From assembly GCA_963796965.1 (NCBI GenBank), contig CAWCNS010000006.1, positions 320,001-384,000 of the forward strand: DNA of 64,000 nt, read 5' to 3'. Source of the DNA: Calditrichia bacterium. Lineage in GTDB: Bacteria; Calditrichota; Calditrichia; JAJRVZ01. Every line of letters starts with the position of its first letter. The first letter of the stretch is position 1. Both the position numbers and the translations under genes were made by a program. The notes under the pieces are model-generated. The model had not been told where the DNA came from and did no database searches. It saw only the letters and a list, made by a program, of their open reading frames with translations. Of the stretch, positions 10,019 to 21,818 are shown piece by piece.

Positions 10019-11749
10019 ATGCAAATTGGATTACTTGATTTACTTATCATACTGCTCTATTTCCTGTTTGTTCTTGTTATAGGTATTGTTTATTCCGGAC
10101 GAGCCGGGAAAAGCATTGAAGAATTCTTTGTATCCGGTCGGAACCTTCCCTGGTGGTTGGCTGGAACCTCAATGGTTGCAACCACCTTTGCTGCTGATAC
10201 TCCTTTAGCTGTGACCGGTCTGGTGGCAGAGCACGGGATTGCAGGAAACTGGCTGTGGTGGAACATGGTGATGAGCGGTCTCTTGACCGTTTTTTTCTAT
10301 GCCCGGTTGTGGAGAAGATCCGGCGTTCTGACAGATGTTGAGTTTACAGAGATCAGATATGGTGGCAAACCTGCTGCTTTTCTGCGGGGCTTTCGTGCCC
10401 TTTATCTGGCTATTCCAATAAATTCGATCATAATGGGATGGGTGACTCTGGCCATGGCTAAGATTATTGCCACATCTACTGGTCTTGATAAATGGACGGC
10501 CGTTTTAATTTGCGTGAGTGTTACCCTCGTTTATTCGATGTTATCGGGACTGTGGGGGGTGGTTGTTACCGATTTTTTCCAGTTTTTTATCGCCATTTCT
10601 GGAGCGGTGATACTTGCTGTCTTTGCCCTCGATTACGCCGGTGGCCTTGATGCCTTGCTTTTGAAACTGGATACATTAGAGGGCGGTAAGGATCAGGTGC
10701 TCTCCTTTATTCCAGAGATTGGCTCGGCATGGATGCCTCTCTCTGCAGTTATGATTTATTTAGCGGTGAACTGGTGGGCCACCTGGTATCCAGGCGCAGA
10801 ACCTGGGGGAGGAGGGTATATTGCCCAGAGGATTTTTTCTGCAAAAGATGAAAAGCATGGTATTTTTGCCACGCTTTGGTTTAATATTGCTCATTATGCG
10901 ATTCGACCCTGGCCATGGATCATCGTTGCCCTGGTAACCTTAATCGCTTATCCTGATCTGACAGATAAAGAATCCGGTTATGTATTAATGATCGTGGATA
11001 CCTTACCTCCTGGTTTAAAAGGATTATTGCTCGCTTCCTTTGCCGCAGCCTTTATGTCAACAATTAGTACGCAGTTGAATTGGGGCTCTTCTTATCTTGT
11101 CAATGATTTTTACAAAAGATTTATTAAAAAAGATGCCAGTGAGCGTCACTATGTGCTTATATCCCGGCTATCGACAGTGGTCATTTTGATAATGGGCGCC
11201 TTGACAACAATGACGATGGATACCATATCAGGGGCTTGGAAATTTCTTATGGCTATAGGTGCTGGAACAGGTCTTGTATTTATATTACGCTGGTATTGGT
11301 GGCGCATTAATGCCTGGTCTGAAATTTCTGCTATGATTGCTTCTTTTACAATTTCTCTTTTTTTACAATTTGGCTTTGGACTTTCATCAGAAGATCCCGA
11401 ACAATTTAGTTTTCTTATGCTTGTCACTGTAATCGGTTCGACAATAATTTGGGTGACCGTAACATTTGTAACCTCTCCTGAGAGTGAGGCAACATTGGTG
11501 AGTTTTTATAACAAAGTAAAACCCGCAGGAAAATTATGGGAAAAAGTGTACAAAAAACACCATCTTGAACCATCAGGGGATTCCCTTGGCTTATCCCTGA
11601 GAGCTTGGATTATCGGTATTGTATTTATTTATAGTTTTCTCTTTGCTGTCGGTAATATGATGTTTGGAGAATTTTTTGTCGGAATAATACTCTTCGCCAT
11701 CAGCATCTGCACAGCAATATTACTTTGGATGGATTTGAGAAAGTTTTGA
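10019..11749 (+). CDS. Sodium:solute symporter (SSS) family protein
   Basis: FFVSGRNLPWWLAGTSMVATTFAADTP, GGGGYIAQR, AAFMST; many TM helices. Confidence 0.9.
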   Translation: MQIGLLDLLIILLYFLFVLVIGIVYSGRAGKSIEEFFVSGRNLPWWLAGTSMVATTFAADTPLAVTGLVAEHGIAGNWLWWNMVMSGLLTVFFYARLWRRSGVLTDVEFTEIRYGGKPAAFLRGFRALYLAIPINSIIMGWVTLAMAKIIATSTGLDKWTAVLICVSVTLVYSMLSGLWGVVVTDFFQFFIAISGAVILAVFALDYAGGLDALLLKLDTLEGGKDQVLSFIPEIGSAWMPLSAVMIYLAVNWWATWYPGAEPGGGGYIAQRIFSAKDEKHGIFATLWFNIAHYAIRPWPWIIVALVTLIAYPDLTDKESGYVLMIVDTLPPGLKGLLLASFAAAFMSTISTQLNWGSSYLVNDFYKRFIKKDASERHYVLISRLSTVVILIMGALTTMTMDTISGAWKFLMAIGAGTGLVFILRWYWWRINAWSEISAMIASFTISLFLQFGFGLSSEDPEQFSFLMLVTVIGSTIIWVTVTFVTSPESEATLVSFYNKVKPAGKLWEKVYKKHHLEPSGDSLGLSLRAWIIGIVFIYSFLFAVGNMMFGEFFVGIILFAISICTAILLWMDLRKF

Positions 11750-11839
11750 TTATATGAAGATAGAGCCCAGTGGAAGGGTACTAAAATTAATTGAAAATGG
11801 CATTTTTTTAAATATATTAAGGTTTCAAAAGACTCCGAT

Positions 11840-13539
11840 TTATTTAAATCTCCGTGTGATCAGAAGCGTATAATCGTCGGTAAGGGGCATATCGCCGGTA
11901 TGTGCACTAATTGCTTTTCGAATCTTATCCTTAAGCTGAAGACTGGATAGCGTAAGATTTTCTATGATTACTTTTTTCAAGTCCAGACATTTCAAATTCT
12001 ACTTCTTCACTGTCCATGGCTTCTACTAACCCATCCGTATACATGACCAAGTTTATCATCTTTATTAAATGGACCGTCTTCGCTTTCATATTCCCAGGGC
12101 ATAAAACCAATAAAAATACCCCCCGTTTTTAATTCCTGCATTCCCCCTTTTTATTAACCAATAGTGGCGGATTATGTCCGGCATTTATATAAGTTAAGAC
12201 TTGATTTATGATGATCATATAATCCGATAAAAAAAGTAATATACCTGTCGGCTGTTGTCTGACGAATAATTGCCTCGTTCAGTCTTGAAACAACAGGAAG
12301 AAGATCATCACTATATTCAAGAAAAGCTCTAACGTAGCCTGCATATTGGAAACGACGAGAGCGCCTGGAATTCCTTTTCCGGAAACATCAGCAACGAACA
12401 AAATATAAACGATTTTTATCCAGTTTAATGATATCATAAAAATCTCCCCCAACTTCTTTACAGGGGATATACTCTGCGGCAATTTCCAGATAGATTCGAT
12501 TCGGAATTGATTGAGGAATTAATAAATTTTGTATTTCTGCGGCAACCTGAAGTTCCTTGTCCAAGCGTTCTTTCTCTATTGCAGCAAATAGTAAACGGGC
12601 ATTTTCAATTGATAGTGCGGCCTGAGACGCAAAAATGGTGAAAAGTATCTGATCATTTTCATTAAACGGCTTTCCATCCATTTTATTAATCAGGGTCATC
12701 ACCCCGACAACCTTTGATTTATGAATCATCGGTACACAGAGCATCGAATCGGTTTTGAACCCACTTCTTTTATCAAAAGAAGGATCGAAACGGGGATCAG
12801 AATAAGCATCCGGAATAAGTACAGCTTCCCCTGACTGAGCAACCCAACCGGAAATTCCTTTTCCAATTGGTAAACGGAATGGTTTTACTTCCTTGGCCTT
12901 TGGGCCAAGGGTAACCTTAAATTCCAGTTCATTTGTTTCCTCAATGACAAGCATCAAGGAGGCTGCTTCTGCCGGCATCACATTCTGACTTTTTTGCATG
13001 ATATATTCAAGCAGGGAATCGAGATTGTCCGAAGACTCCAGAGCATGTGTAATTTCATGCAGGGTAACCATTTCCTTGAGCATCTTTTGCATCCGCCTTA
13101 ATGATCCTTCAAGATCCTGTACTAAATTTTCATTATTGATTAAATTTCCGATATAACTGCAGGAGAAGGAGGCCATTTCAATCTGCCGATCGGTAAACAC
13201 CGGAACCGGAGAATTTATTGCCACGAAAGCCACACATTTATCTTTTAGAAAAATCGGTGCCAGGGCGTGCACGTTAAAATATTCGCAAAGACTCGTTAAT
13301 TCAGAATTATCCCCTAAACTGTTTTTAAGTATAATTTCCTCGGGTCTAAAACCTTTATCTGATTTTAGTTTAAATGATTTTTTATCTAGTTTCTCGGTAT
13401 CAAGAATCGGCTCACATGTACCGTCTTTTGAAAGACTTATTATAGAAATTTTTGTATAATGGAATAGATCCTTTTGTATTCCCAAAATCTCTAATACTGT
13501 TTTTTGCAAATCTTCATGTAATATCAAACAATTTTCCAT
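11840..13539 (-). CDS. GAF-domain SpoIIE/RsbU-like PP2C phosphatase; several frameshifts between ~11990 and 12400
   Basis: GAF domain (GKGISGWV, PDAYSDPRF), ELQVAAEIQ and VGGDFYD, continuing in other frames with VADVSGKG, YINAGHNPP, MYTDGLVEA and DDYTLLI up to TAA at 11840. Confidence 0.8.
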
Positions 13540-13898
13540 AAAAGTTATTCTGTTTTAATAATGAGGTCTATCGTTGAATACCTGGTTTATTAATATATGG
13601 TTATAATAAGAAATATTTTTTTAATATTTCCATTTTTTTTCAATTTGCCGAAAACTTTGTTATTAAGACAAAACTTTTTACTGTCAATGGGACGATATGA
13701 ATAGTTTCTTATAATTAGCTTTTTATTTTAACTATGTTTCAAATATTTAACACCAGGAAAAGTTATAAGTCGCTATTATTGCATGCCTCTGACTATTTCA
13801 TTCATTTGAATGCTTGTTTAAAAGTTATTAACTTCCGTAAATTTTTGGGGAATACTCCGTCTTGTATTAATGATCCGGTTAACCAACCTGGAGGGAAA

Positions 13899-14612
13899 AT
13901 GAATAATTATTTTTTATTAATACTGACTCTCTTTTCGTTCTCCCTTCTTTATGCTCAAACCCAATCAATGACTGAACAGCAGGCATACTCGTTTTTGCGT
14001 GGTGATGGAAAAAACTTTCCGCCAACTTTCTGGAATAAACCTATCGGATTGAGCAAAGTCGATATAACCAGCTCGAGTAATAGGGTTTCATCCATGAACA
14101 ATTTTATTTGTGATGCCATGCTTGAAAGAACTGAGACAGACTTTGCTTTTATCAATTATGGGGACATTGCAACAAACCTTTTTCAGGGAGAAATTACCGA
14201 GTTAGATTTAGTTGCTATTTGTCCCTATAAAAGAACACTTGTTGTGCTTGAAGTAGATGGAGCATTTTTAAAAGATTTACTTGAATCAAAAATCAGCGGT
14301 TTTCGCCCCGGTCTCGCTATTGCCGGAGGAAAAGTAGAATACGACATACAACGCCCCAGTGAAAACAGGTTAACTTTTTTTCAGGTCGGTGAACATCCTG
14401 TCTATCCAAAGAAAGATTACCGGATTGTAACAACTGATTATTTAGCAAAGGGCAATGCCGGTTTTGAATTCTTAACCACTGTTGATTCGGTAAATGTTTT
14501 CAATACGGAAATACTCTTGCGAGAAGCTGTTCAGGACTACATTATACGTCATACACCTCTTGGGCCGAATAACGTACGGTTAGACGAGAGGTGGTTAAAA
14601 AAAGAAAACTAA
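13899..14612 (+). CDS. Secreted protein with only the 5'-nucleotidase C-terminal domain
   Basis: RBS GGAGG before ATG 13899; signal peptide; SSMNNFICDAM, DFAFINYG and YRIVTTDYLAKG match 5_nucleotid_C. Confidence 0.75.
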   Translation: MNNYFLLILTLFSFSLLYAQTQSMTEQQAYSFLRGDGKNFPPTFWNKPIGLSKVDITSSSNRVSSMNNFICDAMLERTETDFAFINYGDIATNLFQGEITELDLVAICPYKRTLVVLEVDGAFLKDLLESKISGFRPGLAIAGGKVEYDIQRPSENRLTFFQVGEHPVYPKKDYRIVTTDYLAKGNAGFEFLTTVDSVNVFNTEILLREAVQDYIIRHTPLGPNNVRLDERWLKKEN

Positions 14613-15664
14613 ACAAAATCAGCAGCATGTTTCTGATTAAAACGACCAATTGAATCCTCAATTTTGACACAAATATTTTGTTGAGAGGATTCTGAAGCTA
14701 CACGGATGGCATTTGCAATTGCCTTTGCATTCGATCGCCCATGCGCTTTAATCGCTAACTTTTTGAAGCCCAGAATAGGTGCACCCCCATATTCACTATA
14801 ATCAGTTCTTCTCCCTAATTTTTTTATCCCAGGAGCCAGAAGTGCCATAGCAATTTTCCAGCTAATTTTTTTCTTAAAAGCGTATTTACCCGTTTCTTTA
14901 ACTACGTCTGCAACACCTTCAAGCATTTTTAAAACAACATTACCCATAAAACCTTCGGTCACAACAACATCTGCAATACCCTTGGGGATATCTTTTCCTT
15001 CAATATTACCAATAAAATTTAACTCGTCTGCCTTTTGAAGCATTGCATAGGTTTCTTTTAATACATCTCCCCCTTTGGTTTTTTCTTCACCAATATTTAA
15101 TAAACCAATTCGGGGTGCGGGGATTGTGAGTACTTCGGATAAATAAAAACTACCCATAAAGGCAAAATGTACCAATTGTTTGGCTGAACATTTGAGTGTG
15201 GCACCCACATCCAGCATGAGGGCAAATCCGCTTTTATTTTTTTCGAACTTGGCTGTCGGGTAAACTGTTGCAAGGGCCGTTCGTTCAATTCCTTCAATAA
15301 CCGGTATATGTCTTGCCGCAGCGAGTATGGTGGCTCCTGTATTTCCAGCGCTAACTATTGCATCTGTAAGATTTTCATTGACTAACTTCGCAGCAATGTT
15401 GATACTGGCATTATCTTTACTTTTTACTGCTGTTTTTGGATCTTCATCCATCATGATCCATTCATCAGTATGTATTATCTCGAAGGACCTCTGGGTTCCT
15501 GATTTTTTTAATTCGCTTTCAATCGTTGACTGTTCACCTATTAAAGTAATTTCCAAATTCGGAAATTTCTCCGCAGCAATCACCGCACCGCGTATTATTT
15601 CACCAGGAGCATGGTCACCCCCCATCGCATCCAACGCAATTCTCGTCGCCATTTGATTCCTCAC
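14609..15664 (-). CDS. plsX: Phosphate acyltransferase PlsX
   Basis: IALDAMGGDHAP, VSAGNTGA, LLNIGEE, FIGNIEG, KAHGRS. Confidence 0.92.
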   Translation of the reverse strand: MRNQMATRIALDAMGGDHAPGEIIRGAVIAAEKFPNLEITLIGEQSTIESELKKSGTQRSFEIIHTDEWIMMDEDPKTAVKSKDNASINIAAKLVNENLTDAIVSAGNTGATILAAARHIPVIEGIERTALATVYPTAKFEKNKSGFALMLDVGATLKCSAKQLVHFAFMGSFYLSEVLTIPAPRIGLLNIGEEKTKGGDVLKETYAMLQKADELNFIGNIEGKDIPKGIADVVVTEGFMGNVVLKMLEGVADVVKETGKYAFKKKISWKIAMALLAPGIKKLGRRTDYSEYGGAPILGFKKLAIKAHGRSNAKAIANAIRVASESSQQNICVKIEDSIGRFNQKHAADFV

Positions 15665-15861
15665 ACGTTAATCTGAAGTAGAATCAAAAATAACAAAAAC
15701 TTATCGCTATGTGCAAGTTAATATAAAAAAAGTGGGTTGTAACGATTTTAAAGTTAAAAGCGTCAATACTTTCTTTGGGGAAAGACATCATGCTCCTTAC
15801 TAGATACTGGATATATTCATAGCATAATACTAACGATATGAACTATTGAGGATTGGGAAAA

Positions 15862-15930
15862 TTGCCACAGAAACACGCAGAAAATAAAAAGTAAGTTGGA
15901 AGCCCTGTGCTTTTTATGTCTCTGTGGCAA
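15862..15930. repeat. Intergenic imperfect inverted-repeat element (TTGCCACAGA...TCTGTGGCAA)
   Basis: 10-bp terminal inverted repeat extended by aaca/tgtc. Lies just downstream of the RND gene and may act as a terminator. Confidence 0.6.
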
Positions 15931-15944
15931 AATCACTTTATTGT

Positions 15945-18900
15945 CTAGACATTTTGATTAGCTTCCTTCAGGTTATCCTTGCCTGAATATAAGGTATACA
16001 GAACCGGTACTACGATCAGGGTCAGGAATGTGGACATTAAAAGCCCGCCAATGATCGTCCAGCCCATGGGCGCCCAAAGCGTACCACCCCCTAGAGTGAG
16101 CGGAAGCAATCCGCCAACTGTTGTTGCTGTGGTTAATATAATAGGGATAAATCTGACTTCTCCTGCTGTCTTTATTGCCTCAATAATTTCCATACCATCC
16201 CGGCGAAGATGGTTGATATAATCCACCAATATGATGGAATTATTTACCACAATACCTACCAAACTGGCCAGGCCAATTCCGGCCGTAAATGAAAACGAAT
16301 TGCCTGTAATCAGAAGGGCAAAGAGTGATCCTATGATAGCCAAAGGCATGGCCGAAAATACAATTAGCGGTTGTGAATAGGAACGGAATTGCAGGACCAG
16401 AACAGCGAAAATGCCAATCACCGCTACAATAACCGCCTGCAACAATCCTCCAAAAGATTCCTCTCTTTTTTCCAGTTCACCTCCGATGCTGTAACGATAA
16501 CCTTTGGGCCATTCTAACTCATCCAATTGTTCAATGATTGCCTGTGTTACATCATCAACCGAAATATCACCAATAACATCAGCTGGTAACGGTGACATTT
16601 CGTTCAAGATTATAGTGATTAATTTTCATCGGTGAGGCTACAAACTCAAATGTAGCAACCTGACGAAGTGGAATCTGGGCGCCGGAAACAGAAGATACAT
16701 AAATCTTATCAAGATCTTCATAATCTAATTTTCCGGAAAAGGGTAGACGAACAACAATATCATACTCTTTTCCTTCTTTGTCTCTGAATGTTGAAACAGG
16801 CAGACCGGCAACACTTGCCCGTACAGTTTTATCAATATCTACCAAAGGGATTCCATAAAATCCGGCTTTATCCCGATTAATGTTTACGCGAATATCCGTT
16901 TTTGTTGTTCCCAGTGGATTATTGATATTTATCGTTCCTTTTGCACCATTAATGATTTTCTCAACATCAAAAGCAATGGTTTTTAGAATGCTTAAATTAT
17001 CACCCAGGATTCGAATGGCAATTGGCGCCTCCACAGGTGGGCCTTGTTCAAATTCTTTCACTTCAATTTTTACACCCGCCAATTGGCTCAGTTCTAATCT
17101 TAAATTTTTTAAGAGATTATTATAATCATTCAGATCAACTTCATTTAGGGTTACAAAAAATTGAGCGTGGGTGTTTGCACCTTGTCTTGGAATAACATTG
17201 TAATATATGCGTGGGTTGCCATGCCCGATATTTATTGCATAATGCTTGATTGCTGGTATTTCGAGCAGAAGTGAGTCAATTTTATTGGCAAATTCTGTGG
17301 TTCTGTCCAGATTGGTACCTTGAGGTGTATCTACATTGATAATAAATTGGGGCTTCTCCGCCTTAGGGAAAAAACTTACACCCACTAAAGGAAAGAGAGC
17401 CAGACTAGAAAGAAAAAATATAATCGTCAGAACGACAGTAAATACAGGTTTTTTTAGGGCAAAATTCAGGGTTGTGCGATAACGGTTTTCTATTTCATGG
17501 TTTAGCATATTTCTTACCATTCTCGTTTTCTGAACATCTCCGATATTCAAAAACTTGCTTGAGAGATAGGGCGTGAGTATCAATGAAATAAGAAGTGAAG
17601 CTGAAAGCGTATAAACAACTGTGACCGGCATACTACGGATAAAATCTCCGGTAATATTTTGCATCATCATTATTGGTACAAAGGCTAATACCGTGGTGGT
17701 GGTTGAACTTATAACTGCCCAGGCAATCTGGCTTGTTCCTTTTATTGCCGCTTCTTTATTTGATAAACCCTTTCGTAAATAACGTGAGATATTTTCAATA
17801 ACTACAATCGCATTATCTACTAACAAACCCAGAGCAATTACCAGCCCGGCGATAGACATCTGCTCTAATCCAAATCCACTAAGATCTACGAACCCTATTC
17901 CAATCATAATCGAGACCGGAATTGCCAGAATTACAATGGTGGAGGCCCTGAATCCAACAGCAAATAAAACAACTAGCCCAACAAGAAATAAACCTTGAAG
18001 CAAGTTTAGAAAAAAACCGTTGAGACGTCTTGCCACACTGGAAGATTGATCAAAAACAATATCTAGTATAATATCTGATTTTAATCCCACCTTAAATTCT
18101 GATATCTTTTGCTCTAATTCTTCCCTTATCGTAAAAATATTGGTTCCTACTTTTTGACTTGCAGTAATATAAACAGCCGTTTTTCCCTTAAAGCGCGCAT
18201 AATATTTATTGTCTTCATAATCATTTGAAATATCTGCAATATCCGAAAGGTAGAGAATATTATTTTCTGCACTATTAACAATTGTTTTTTTAATATCGTC
18301 AATGGTTTCATAAGAACCACTGGTTTTTACATTAAATCTTTTTGCACCAATATCAACATAACCACCCGGGATATTTTGATTGGCAGCTTGTATGGAACCC
18401 ATAACCCGGTTAAGACTAATTTTGTTTTGTGCCATGCGTTGAAGATCTACAGAGATTCGGATTTCCTGTTCCGGATAGGCCCAAATTTTGATTTTCTTAA
18501 TACCCCCTACTTTTTCTAAACCCTTTTTTAATCTTTCTGCCTCATGTTCCAGCTGCCTGTATCCGGAAGAATCTGACATTAAAGCTAATTGCAGAATCTG
18601 CACATCTGAAACTGACCATTTTTGAATTTCTAAACTGAGAATATTATCTGGTAAATCATTTCTTATGCTATTTACTTTTTGCACAACATCTGAATATTTA
18701 TCATCGGGATCACTACCTGAGACAAACTGTATATTTATGGCACTAACACCATCACCGGAATATGATTTTATATGTTTAATATCTTCAAGTTCATTGAGGA
18801 CTTCTTCAATTGGGTCCGCTACCAATTCCTCCATATCCTCGGGTGTGGCCCCTGGATATATAATAAACACAGTACTTGCTGCCGGAGAAACCTGAGGATC

Positions 18901-19008
18901 TTCTGAACGGGGCATTGTGAGAAAGGAGACCAGCCCAAAAAGTATGAGCAAAAGAACAAGCATGATTGCAAACTGGTGATTTTCTATGGCTAATCGGGGT
19001 AAACGCAT
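15945..19008 (-). CDS. RND efflux transporter permease (AcrB/AcrD/AcrF family); frameshift near 16580
   Basis: ALGLLVDNAIVVIENI and GIVVNNSIILVD transport motifs. The 809-aa and 220-aa ORFs overlap and together give about 1020 aa. Confidence 0.9.
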
Positions 19009-19038
19009 TGTATTTCTCCTGGAACGATTTGAATCATT

Positions 19039-19146
19039 ACTTCATCTGTTGAAAATTCGCTGTTGGCTATTGGAAATTTTCACCTTCTATAAATTATATA
19101 AATTTCCAATAATCAACAGACGAAGTCCCACGTTCGAAATGGGACT
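19039..19146. repeat. Composite inverted repeat and small hairpin inside the efflux operon
   Basis: acttcatctgttga and ctgttggctattggaaattt pair with aaatttccaataatcaacagacgaagt, followed by the hairpin agtccca-N9-tgggact. Confidence 0.55.
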
Positions 19147-20195
19147 CAATTAACAATTTCAATCATACTATTTTCACTTAAATAGGATACACCTTCAGTA
19201 ATAACTTTATCCACATTTGCCAGGCCTGATCTTACCAATAATTTATCTCCTACTATATCTGCAATTTCAATTTCTTGTTTACTAACCATTTTGCCTTCTG
19301 TGTGTGGTATATAAACAAATCCTCTACGTTTTTCACCTTCAACCATTGATTCAATGGGAATAATGGCATACGATTCTTCTTGTTGGGGCATTATTTTTAC
19401 TTTTCCAATAAATCCGGAATAAAGTATCTTTTTTCCTGAATGAATTTTTAATTCAACTTCGAAGGTACCGGTATAGGGATTTGCAACAGCTTCAATTTCT
19501 GTTATATGGGCTGTAAATTCTTCATTAGGATAAGCATCAAACCAAACTTTTGCTTTGTCCCCAATTTTAAGCCTGATTATCTGCCGATCTGTTACACCAG
19601 CACGGATTACCCAACCATCTTTGTCAGCCCCAAATAGAAATATCGGAACGCCAGAGTTCGTTAATTCACCTTCTTCAGCAAATCGTTTCAATACTTTCCC
19701 ATCTTCCGGAGCGACAATTTCTGAATGATGAAGATTAAACCTGGCTACTTTTAGATCCGAATCTGCAATATCCAGCGCTGTGTGTGTGTTTTGTAACTGT
19801 TCAAGGGTGGCTACACTGTCCGAATAAAGCCTTTTTACCCTGGCCAAATCTCTTTCTGCTTTTGCGAAGGCACTTTCAGCCTGTTTAACCCGGGCATTCA
19901 TTTCTACAAGATTTAATATGGCCAATCGTGCATTTTTTTTTACATATTCCCCCTCGCGGACAAAAATATTATCTATAATGCCAGGGATTTTAAAGGAAAG
20001 TTTTGATTCTGTCGACGTATAGACCCTTCCGCTGGTCTGGATCGGTAATGATAAAGACTTCATAATTACCATCGATGTTTTCACGATTATCTTGTCTGTG
20101 TTTTTTGGTGGTTCTTCTTTGGTTGAACAAGAATAAAAGGTTGTCACGATCAGGATAAAGATAATAACTAGAATTTTGACTATGGTTAATTGCAT
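19146..20195 (-). CDS. RND efflux membrane-fusion (periplasmic adaptor) subunit
   Basis: Lipoprotein-like N-terminus (FYSC); LSFKIPGII..VREG lipoyl half-motif; EIVAPEDG; located between tolC-like and acrB-like genes. Confidence 0.9.
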   Translation of the reverse strand: MQLTIVKILVIIFILIVTTFYSCSTKEEPPKNTDKIIVKTSMVIMKSLSLPIQTSGRVYTSTESKLSFKIPGIIDNIFVREGEYVKKNARLAILNLVEMNARVKQAESAFAKAERDLARVKRLYSDSVATLEQLQNTHTALDIADSDLKVARFNLHHSEIVAPEDGKVLKRFAEEGELTNSGVPIFLFGADKDGWVIRAGVTDRQIIRLKIGDKAKVWFDAYPNEEFTAHITEIEAVANPYTGTFEVELKIHSGKKILYSGFIGKVKIMPQQEESYAIIPIESMVEGEKRRGFVYIPHTEGKMVSKQEIEIADIVGDKLLVRSGLANVDKVITEGVSYLSENSMIEIVN

Positions 20196-20246
20196 TTTAT
20201 CCTCCCAAATGTATATTACTTTTCATTTCTTTTAAATTCATATGTT

Positions 20247-20338
20247 TGTCATTCCGAATTTATTTCGGAATCTATATCACGGGATTTAAAGATTCTGATA
20301 TAAACCAGTCCCGATGACGATCGGGATTCAGAATGACG
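20247..20338. repeat. REP-like palindromic element (GTCATTCCGAA...TTCGGAATC...GATTC...CAGAATGAC) with nested GTCCCGAT..ATCGGGAT hairpin
   Basis: Nested palindromes attccgaa/ttcggaat, gtcatt/aatgac and tcccgat/atcggga are directly visible. Confidence 0.7.
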
Positions 20339-20377
20339 ATATTTACTATTCTTCGCTTATCTACAACTACTTTAATT

Positions 20378-21757
20378 CTATTCTTCGTCCAATTTATACG
20401 CCGCAACAATCCGTTCATATTCAGCATAAGTGATATAATAATCATAACGGGTGATCACTTCATTTATGGCCGAATTTGTAAGGGTTGTCTGGGCATCGAG
20501 ATATTCTATTTGTGAAGCGATTCCTTCTTCAAATTTTTTACGTACAATTCTAAAGGAAGCTTTAGAACTTTCAAATTGTTGTTTAACAACTAAAATTGTT
20601 TTACGGGCAACATTCAGATTATCGAAAATTCGTTCAACTTCTAATTCAATCATATTTTTAATTTCATCCTCTTTGGTGAGCATTTTCTTTGTTTCCAGAT
20701 GCGCCTGTTGTATTCTTGCCTTGTCCTGAAAACCTCTAAAAAGATTCCACTGCATGACTAGTGATGCCATCCAGTAATCATCTTTGTCAGAAAAGCTGTA
20801 TTCTTCTCCCTGAAAACCATAATCAAGCACTGCATTAATTCCTGGAAAGTATTGACTTTTAGCGATCGAAGCCGATTGGTCTGCCGCAGAAATGGCCTTT
20901 TTTATCTGTTTTAGCTCCTCTCTTCTCTGAAAAGCCTGTTCTCTTGAACTATCATAATCTGAGATTAAAGGAATTATTAGATTATTTTGGCCCGTGGTAT
21001 CTATAGGGCTATCCAGGGGTCGATTGATAATAAAGTTGAAATAGGAAGCACCTTGTCGTTGCAGATTCTCAACGTACATTTTTTCCCGTTCGGTTATGCT
21101 CAGTTCGGCCTCCGCGCGAAAAACTATATTTTGCGTTGCAGATCCTGCCTGGAAAAGTTTTTCGCTTACCCGCAAATTCTCTTTTTGCAGGTTTTCTATT
21201 TTTGAATACAATTCCACAACCATTGTCGCTTTCATAAAATTATAATAAGCCTTTTTAATTTCATTAATTAGGCGACGCTTATACATATTGGTTTTTAATT
21301 TTTCAATATCCGTTAAGTCAGATTTTAATCCATAGTTGCTCCAAATTGCGGGTTGAAAGATAGGCTGGACAAGGCGGGCGCGGGTTTCATGTTCTCGTTC
21401 ACGTAGAAACGGCGTGGTCTGGTTCGGGATATCTTCTGGAAAGGCGGGATCTATCCCCTGTGCTTCTAATAAAGCATTAAGTGTTTTATAAATTGGATTA
21501 ACCAGATCCCCAATCGGTATAACTATTTCTCTCCCCCCCCCGGCTCTTGTATATCTAGCACCGATATCTATTGAGGGAAAATATTTCCCTTTGGCTTCTT
21601 TTAAAGCCTCCATGCTTTGGGCCAACGAGAACTTTTGTTGCTTAAGAGCAAGATTGTTGTTAAGGCCTATTTCGACGTATTTCTCCAAAGGATCATCTTG
21701 GGCATACAGGCTCGTCAAACAGAGAATGCCTGCGAAAAATATTGCTAAACGTTGCAT
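20378..21757 (-). CDS. TolC family outer-membrane efflux protein
   Basis: Signal peptide; two OEP repeats (GKYFPSIDIGARY; SQYFPGINAVLDYG; EYLDAQ). Confidence 0.9.
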   Translation of the reverse strand: MQRLAIFFAGILCLTSLYAQDDPLEKYVEIGLNNNLALKQQKFSLAQSMEALKEAKGKYFPSIDIGARYTRAGGGREIVIPIGDLVNPIYKTLNALLEAQGIDPAFPEDIPNQTTPFLREREHETRARLVQPIFQPAIWSNYGLKSDLTDIEKLKTNMYKRRLINEIKKAYYNFMKATMVVELYSKIENLQKENLRVSEKLFQAGSATQNIVFRAEAELSITEREKMYVENLQRQGASYFNFIINRPLDSPIDTTGQNNLIIPLISDYDSSREQAFQRREELKQIKKAISAADQSASIAKSQYFPGINAVLDYGFQGEEYSFSDKDDYWMASLVMQWNLFRGFQDKARIQQAHLETKKMLTKEDEIKNMIELEVERIFDNLNVARKTILVVKQQFESSKASFRIVRKKFEEGIASQIEYLDAQTTLTNSAINEVITRYDYYITYAEYERIVAAYKLDEE

Positions 21758-21785
21758 AATTAAGCTCCGCGACTATATTACAATT

Positions 21786-21802
21786 AATGACTATCGGTCA
21801 TT
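21786..21802. promoter_or_regulatory. Putative TetR operator upstream of the tolC-like gene
   Basis: Palindrome AATGAC-TATCG-GTCATT with the same core as the site at 22502-22516. Confidence 0.65.
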
Positions 21803-21818
21803 TCGTTAGTAAAAAATT

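Noticed and set aside
15662..15793. Small minus-strand ORF with AAGGAG RBS upstream of plsX (MMSFPKESID...)
   Set aside because: About 43 codons, no similarity to L32 (rpmF) or any motif I know, and it runs through the AT-rich promoter region.
19207..19215. Perfect DnaA box TTATCCACA
   Set aside because: Lies within the MFP coding sequence; expected by chance in AT-rich DNA.
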